Source: Thermoplasmatales archaeon
GTDB taxonomy: Archaea > Thermoplasmatota > E2 > DHVEG-1
Direction: 5' to 3'
NCBI GenBank assembly: GCA_030672305.1
Contig: DAOVGR010000052.1
Location: 3,961-67,960, forward strand
Length of the DNA stretch: 64,000 bases
The position numbers and the translations under genes are program-made. Positions 59,443-64,000 of this stretch are shown one piece after another. Below the pieces are notes generated by a model. That model did no database searches and was not told the DNA's origin. It worked only from the letters and a program-made list of their open reading frames with translations. Each line of letters opens with the position of its first letter. Position 1 is the stretch's first letter.

Positions 59443-60654
59443 CTATTTTAATCTTTTTTTCATAAAAGATTCCAGATTATTAAAAGCATGTTCAAGTGTT
59501 TCAATTGTAGGTAAGATCACTGCTCTAAAATGATTTTTACCATATGTTTCACAAAAACCTGATCCATGAACAACTAAAACATGTGCTTCATTTAATAGAT
59601 CTAAAACAAATTCTTTATCTGTTTTCCATATTCCACTATTCATTGCCTCAATTTTTGGAAATATGTAAAATGCACCATCTGGTCTTGCAGTAGAAATTCC
59701 TTCTATTTCATTTAATCTTTTATAGGAGAAATCACGTCGTTTTCTTAGTTTATTATTAACTTCAATTATATGATCTTGAGGACCTTTTAAAGCTGCTATA
59801 CAAGCACGTTGACATATAGAACTTGCACATAACCTAGATCGCGCAATTCGCATAAATGCATCTTGTACTTCATTAAGTTCACCAGAATGATGAAACAAGA
59901 CATAGCCCGTACGCCATCCAGGTACTAAATAGACCTTTGAAAAACCATTGAAAGTAATAACTGGGATATCTTTTCCTAGTGTAGATGTAGCATATTGTTT
60001 TTCATCAAAGGTCATATCATCATAGATTTCATCAGATATGATTGGAATCTTATATTCTCCTGCGATATCGATTATTTCTTTTATCACATTTTTAGAATAA
60101 AGTGCACCAGTTGGATTGTTGGGATTTATAATAACAATTCCTTTTGTTTTGTCTGAAATCTGTTTACGAATACTATCTACATCAGGTTGCCATCCTTGCT
60201 CTTCAATACATCTATAAGGTATAGGAATTGCATCATTGAATCTTGTAATAAGTGTATATTGTGGATAGGTAGGACCTGGAATTAAAAGTTCATCATTTGG
60301 ATCAAGAAAGGCATTAATAAGGATTTGAAGGGCTTCCGTTACACCTGTAGTAACACATATTTCATCTAATTGATAATCAATATTGTTTCTTGTTTTTTCA
60401 CGTTCAATTATTGCCTGTCTGAGCTCCAATTCCCCCTCAGAGGGCGAATATCCATTATATCCTTGGTTTGTTGCATCAAACAAAGAATCTCTCATATGTT
60501 GTGGAGTGTCAAAATCATATTTATTTGGATCACCAATGTTAAGGTGAAATACTTTTATTCCTTTTTCTTCTAATTTCCTTGCAGGTAAAACTACCTCTCT
60601 GATCGCATAAGAAATACCTTTTGAGCGTTTAGAAGCCTTGATCATAACTTCCAC
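59443..60654 (-). CDS. Class I/II PLP aminotransferase (AlaA/AlaT-like)
   Basis: LNIGDP, INPNNPTGALY, SDEIYD, NGFSKVYLVPGWR, GAFYIFP. Confidence 0.92.
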   Translation of the reverse strand: MEVMIKASKRSKGISYAIREVVLPARKLEEKGIKVFHLNIGDPNKYDFDTPQHMRDSLFDATNQGYNGYSPSEGELELRQAIIEREKTRNNIDYQLDEICVTTGVTEALQILINAFLDPNDELLIPGPTYPQYTLITRFNDAIPIPYRCIEEQGWQPDVDSIRKQISDKTKGIVIINPNNPTGALYSKNVIKEIIDIAGEYKIPIISDEIYDDMTFDEKQYATSTLGKDIPVITFNGFSKVYLVPGWRTGYVLFHHSGELNEVQDAFMRIARSRLCASSICQRACIAALKGPQDHIIEVNNKLRKRRDFSYKRLNEIEGISTARPDGAFYIFPKIEAMNSGIWKTDKEFVLDLLNEAHVLVVHGSGFCETYGKNHFRAVILPTIETLEHAFNNLESFMKKRLK

Positions 60655-60727
60655 GGAGGCATAGTATTATAAATTAAAATAAATAGTTGGTGGTAAAAAA
60701 TTATATTTAAGAGGATTTTTTAGAGGA

Positions 60728-61897
60728 TTAATCCGCTTTAACTATGCATCTGAAAGAATTTTTATCCTTGATATATTGAAAATTCTCATAAACAAGAAAT
60801 GTAGAACCATCCTTTCGCTTATGTATTGTTTTAAAGCTAAAGTGACTATTTTTCTTAGCGTTATCTATCTTTTCTTTAATATCTTGCATTGTTTCAAGAG
60901 CATCAAAATCAGTAATATTTAAAGAAAGCATCTCGTTTTTACTATATCCTAATTTTTTATACATGGAATCAGTGCATGCTAAGATATTTGCATTTTCATC
61001 AAATATAAAAATATAGTCTATTTTATGCTCCTCTAATTTTTCATCCTGTTTTTTTGAATTAGTTTCTGAGGACGCTATTTCTTTTTCTGAGTTACGCTCA
61101 TTTAAAAGCTCGGTAATTTCCGTTTTTAAATCTGATAATTTTGTATTTAATTCCTTAATTTTATTTTCAGCTTCTTTTTCAGTTGTAATGTCAGTATTTA
61201 TTCCTCTATATCCCAATAAGTTCCCAGACTCATCTAAAAGAGGCATCCCATTTGTCCTGACACAGATTTTTTCGCCATTTTTATTAACAATCCAGTTCTC
61301 AAGATTATTTATTGGAGAATTATTCTTAATTGCCTCATTGAATATCTGCTTTGATTTTTCAACATTTTCAACAGATATTGTATCAAAAAAACTCTTACCA
61401 ACTATATCTTCCGGGGTGTATCCTAAAAACTTTGAAATATTTCCTGAACAAAAAGTGTAATTTCCTTTTGAGTCAGTTTCCCATGTCCATCCTGATATGC
61501 TGTCAAATAAATCATCTTGTTTATTCATTGTTACTTCTTTTCCTTTTTCATTATCCCCAAATATCTCACCTTTTTTTACACCAACCTTATGAATCGCGAG
61601 TTTTAAGCTTGCCATAATTCTATTCAGTGAGTCAGTTAAGTTGTTAATTTCATGAATTTCACTTGAAGCAAGAGTAACATCTAATTTTCCTTTAGATATA
61701 TCAATGATGTTATCTGTTAATTTTTCAAGAGGTCTAGTTATCAAATATGAAATCATAATTGAAACAACAAAAGTAACTAAGAAGATTATTCCAATTAACA
61801 GAAATGAGGACTCAAATCCCTCAATACCTCCAATTATACCAATTGGAATGGTTGATATAGCAATACACATAATTACTAATAATGTTCTTAATTTCGT
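60728..61897 (-). CDS. Membrane HAMP-PAS-PAS sensor protein without output domain
   Basis: Two TM segments, HAMP (ITRPLEKL...EINNL), PAS (WETD..G..TF, GY..EDIVGK, GYRG), coiled coil and a second PAS; start either ACG 61897 or ATG 61870. Confidence 0.8.
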   Translation of the reverse strand, partial: TKLRTLLVIMCIAISTIPIGIIGGIEGFESSFLLIGIIFLVTFVVSIMISYLITRPLEKLTDNIIDISKGKLDVTLASSEIHEINNLTDSLNRIMASLKLAIHKVGVKKGEIFGDNEKGKEVTMNKQDDLFDSISGWTWETDSKGNYTFCSGNISKFLGYTPEDIVGKSFFDTISVENVEKSKQIFNEAIKNNSPINNLENWIVNKNGEKICVRTNGMPLLDESGNLLGYRGINTDITTEKEAENKIKELNTKLSDLKTEITELLNERNSEKEIASSETNSKKQDEKLEEHKIDYIFIFDENANILACTDSMYKKLGYSKNEMLSLNITDFDALETMQDIKEKIDNAKKNSHFSFKTIHKRKDGSTFLVYENFQYIKDKNSFRCIVKAD

Positions 61898-63312
61898 TCT
61901 AACACCTCATCCTCTGGAGCATCATAAGCTGCATCATTTTTCTTATTTATAATTGTTTTTTCTTCACCAAAAATTCCCCCAATTTTATATTTAAAATTTG
62001 TTCCTTTCTCTTGTGGAATAATATGTAAATCGGTTAGTGAATTAATATATTCAAATAGATCATCCTTACCCAGGGCATTCTTGCTTTTTAAGTCATTGAA
62101 CTCTGAATTACCAAGTGGCCCAAGGACCGTTTTGAATTCCTCACAGATTTTCTTTTCAATTAATTTCTTTGATGAAAACAGTACTTTTATTGGTTCTATA
62201 TTCTTAATTGGTTTTAAAGGTATGGTAAACGAAAACTTACTTCCCTTATCTTGTTTGCTTTCTACCCATATTTTCCCTTTTTGAGCTTCAACAATTCCTC
62301 TGCATATCGCAAGACCTAAACCGGTTCCACCGTGTTTTCGACGAGATGAACTTTCTACCTGAAAGAAGGGTTCAAAAATCCTTATTTGATTTTCAGAGGT
62401 CAACCCACAGCCATAATCTCTAACAGAAAAGAGGATATGATCTTCTTTTAATTTTGCATCAATTTCTATTTTAGAATTTTCTTCTGAAAATTTTATTGCA
62501 TTATTAACAAGATTTCTTAGTACCTGACTTAACCTATCAGGATCTACTTCAATTATTGGAATTTTATCTACATTTATTACAAGGCTTATGTTCTTTTCCT
62601 TTGCAAATCCTTCCATAAATTTTGTTGTTTCATCTATAATTTGTGATATATCAGTTTCTTTAAAATTAAATTTTAATCTTGCTGCTTCTATTCTTGATAT
62701 TTCCAAAAAGTCTACAATTATATTATCAAGTCTATCAGAGTTTCTTGTAATAATTTCCAAACTTTCTTTTTGTTTTTTATTTAACTTACCAAAATATCCT
62801 TCTTGAATCATCTGAAGCTGGGCTTTCATAGGAGTCATTGGGCTTCTAAGCTCATGGGAGGTTATACTTAAAAACTCTGTTTTTGCATTATCAATTTCTT
62901 TTCTTTCTTGCTCTAATCTTCCAAGAGCTGCTGTTGTCAAGTTAAATGCATTTCCCAATTCTGAAATTTCATCATCAGTCTTAATTTCTAATTTAACATC
63001 ATAATTTCCTTTTTCAAGTTCTAAGGTTGCCTTGTATAATTCCTTTATTGGTTTTGAGATAGACCTAGTTACAAAAAATCCAATTACTCCTGCATTGACT
63101 ATACTAATTAAAATAATAATAAAAACAGCAGTTGTTCTAAGTAGAGCTGCTTGTTCTGAAAATAAACCAGATGGAAATGAAGATGCCAGTATATAATAAA
63201 ATAAGAAAATTCCAAGAGCAGGAGCCATCAATGCTACAATAACAAGAAGTGAAAGTTTTCTATTTATCTTTGAAAAGATTAGGTTTTTTAAGCTGAATTT
63301 TTTAGCATCCAT
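61888..63312 (-). CDS. Membrane HAMP histidine kinase
   Basis: SHELRSPMT (H box), NLVNNAIKF (N), DYGCG (G1), GTGLGLAI (G2); extra C-terminal helical extension. Confidence 0.95.
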   Translation of the reverse strand: MDAKKFSLKNLIFSKINRKLSLLVIVALMAPALGIFLFYYILASSFPSGLFSEQAALLRTTAVFIIILISIVNAGVIGFFVTRSISKPIKELYKATLELEKGNYDVKLEIKTDDEISELGNAFNLTTAALGRLEQERKEIDNAKTEFLSITSHELRSPMTPMKAQLQMIQEGYFGKLNKKQKESLEIITRNSDRLDNIIVDFLEISRIEAARLKFNFKETDISQIIDETTKFMEGFAKEKNISLVINVDKIPIIEVDPDRLSQVLRNLVNNAIKFSEENSKIEIDAKLKEDHILFSVRDYGCGLTSENQIRIFEPFFQVESSSRRKHGGTGLGLAICRGIVEAQKGKIWVESKQDKGSKFSFTIPLKPIKNIEPIKVLFSSKKLIEKKICEEFKTVLGPLGNSEFNDLKSKNALGKDDLFEYINSLTDLHIIPQEKGTNFKYKIGGIFGEEKTIINKKNDAAYDAPEDEVLERN

Positions 63313-63363
63313 CCCATGGCCCCTCGTTTGTTTAGGTGTCTAATTAAAGTCTTTTAGTATAAA

Positions 63364-63720
63364 TCAACCATTTAGTATAAACTCAACTCTATCAACCAAG
63401 TCAGATACATTAAAGGGTTTTTGAAAAAAATCAACTATATTTGGTTGAGAACAAAGACCCCTTCTTCTTGCATCAGAAATTCTTACCACACTCATATAGG
63501 CAATTTTGATATCCTGTATTTGTTTGATAATCTCACCTACAGGTTTACCTGGCATCATAATGTCTAATAGTATTAGATCAGGTTTTATATCTCGTAATTT
63601 TTGTAGACAGTCATCTCCATCTACTGCAGTTTCGACTGTATAACCATTTGCATTTAGTATTGTTTTAACACTCTCTCTAACATCTTCTTCATCATCAACT
63701 ATTAGGATTATTTTTGGCAT
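63364..63720 (-). CDS. Stand-alone response regulator receiver protein
   Basis: ILIVDDE, PDLILLDIMMP, KPF; GGTGA RBS. Confidence 0.95.
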   Translation of the reverse strand: MPKIILIVDDEEDVRESVKTILNANGYTVETAVDGDDCLQKLRDIKPDLILLDIMMPGKPVGEIIKQIQDIKIAYMSVVRISDARRRGLCSQPNIVDFFQKPFNVSDLVDRVEFILNG

Positions 63721-64000
63721 TTTTCACCTATTATTTGAGTATTTAGAATAGAGTTTATTTTGGTTGAATCCCATCTCTATTGAATTTTGTATCTGTTTTT
63801 TATGTATATACTTTTACCAGCAAACTTTTATATAATAAGATTTACTGGTTTTTCGTCTATTTTCTCCCCATATTTAAACTTTACGGCATTAGTCGTGTTA
63901 ATCGTTAACAATATTATTCTTTATGAATGTACTTTTCTGTTGTATACTGAGAGTAGGGATAAGGTATTATTATTCAATTCCCCATTTAATTTAGTATATA

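Noticed and set aside
2404..62806. Numerous short antisense or alternate-frame ORFs in the track
   Set aside because: They lie within well-supported genes, lack an RBS or recognisable motifs, and look like codon-bias shadows.
1..64000. CRISPR array, rRNA, transposase or integrase
   Set aside because: No regularly spaced nucleotide repeats with spacers, no rRNA-like GC-rich tract and no recombinase motifs; the repeats seen are protein-domain repeats.

Overview
AT-rich archaeal window. Dph2, Nob1, a Sec11-type signal peptidase, TATA/U-tract signals and a tRNA without encoded CCA indicate Archaea. The many secreted C25/C1A/S8/M14 peptidases and PKD-domain proteins suggest Thermoplasmatota of the Marine Benthic Group D/Thermoprofundales type (inference). 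About 1-46 kb is a cluster of secreted or surface proteins: PQQ-type and FG-GAP propellers, a NosD beta-helix, a transglutaminase-like protein, DUF362, a cyclophilin, subtilisin, papain, an M14 carboxypeptidase, three gingipain-like C25 proteins and Omp28/thioredoxin-like paralogs. msrA/msrB, a truncated MCM-like ATPase, an XRE regulator pair and tRNA-Ile(GAT) are interspersed. About 46-64 kb is mostly housekeeping: dph2, a split APH/AAA_33 pair, nadA-iscS-iscU-queD-queC, signal peptidase, nob1, hisS, an aminotransferase and a two-component cluster. The main signal is a ~30-aa C-terminal tag (PR[TSN][RK]...P.LLR.FERFPN.FPILR.LLG[LFI]-stop) on at least 9, and up to 14, unrelated secreted proteins. 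It is an amphipathic, non-transmembrane helix and a candidate undescribed sorting/anchoring signal. In several genes its last codons also form one arm of a compensated hairpin that spans the stop codon ahead of the U-tract. No CRISPR array, rRNA, integrase or transposase was seen.
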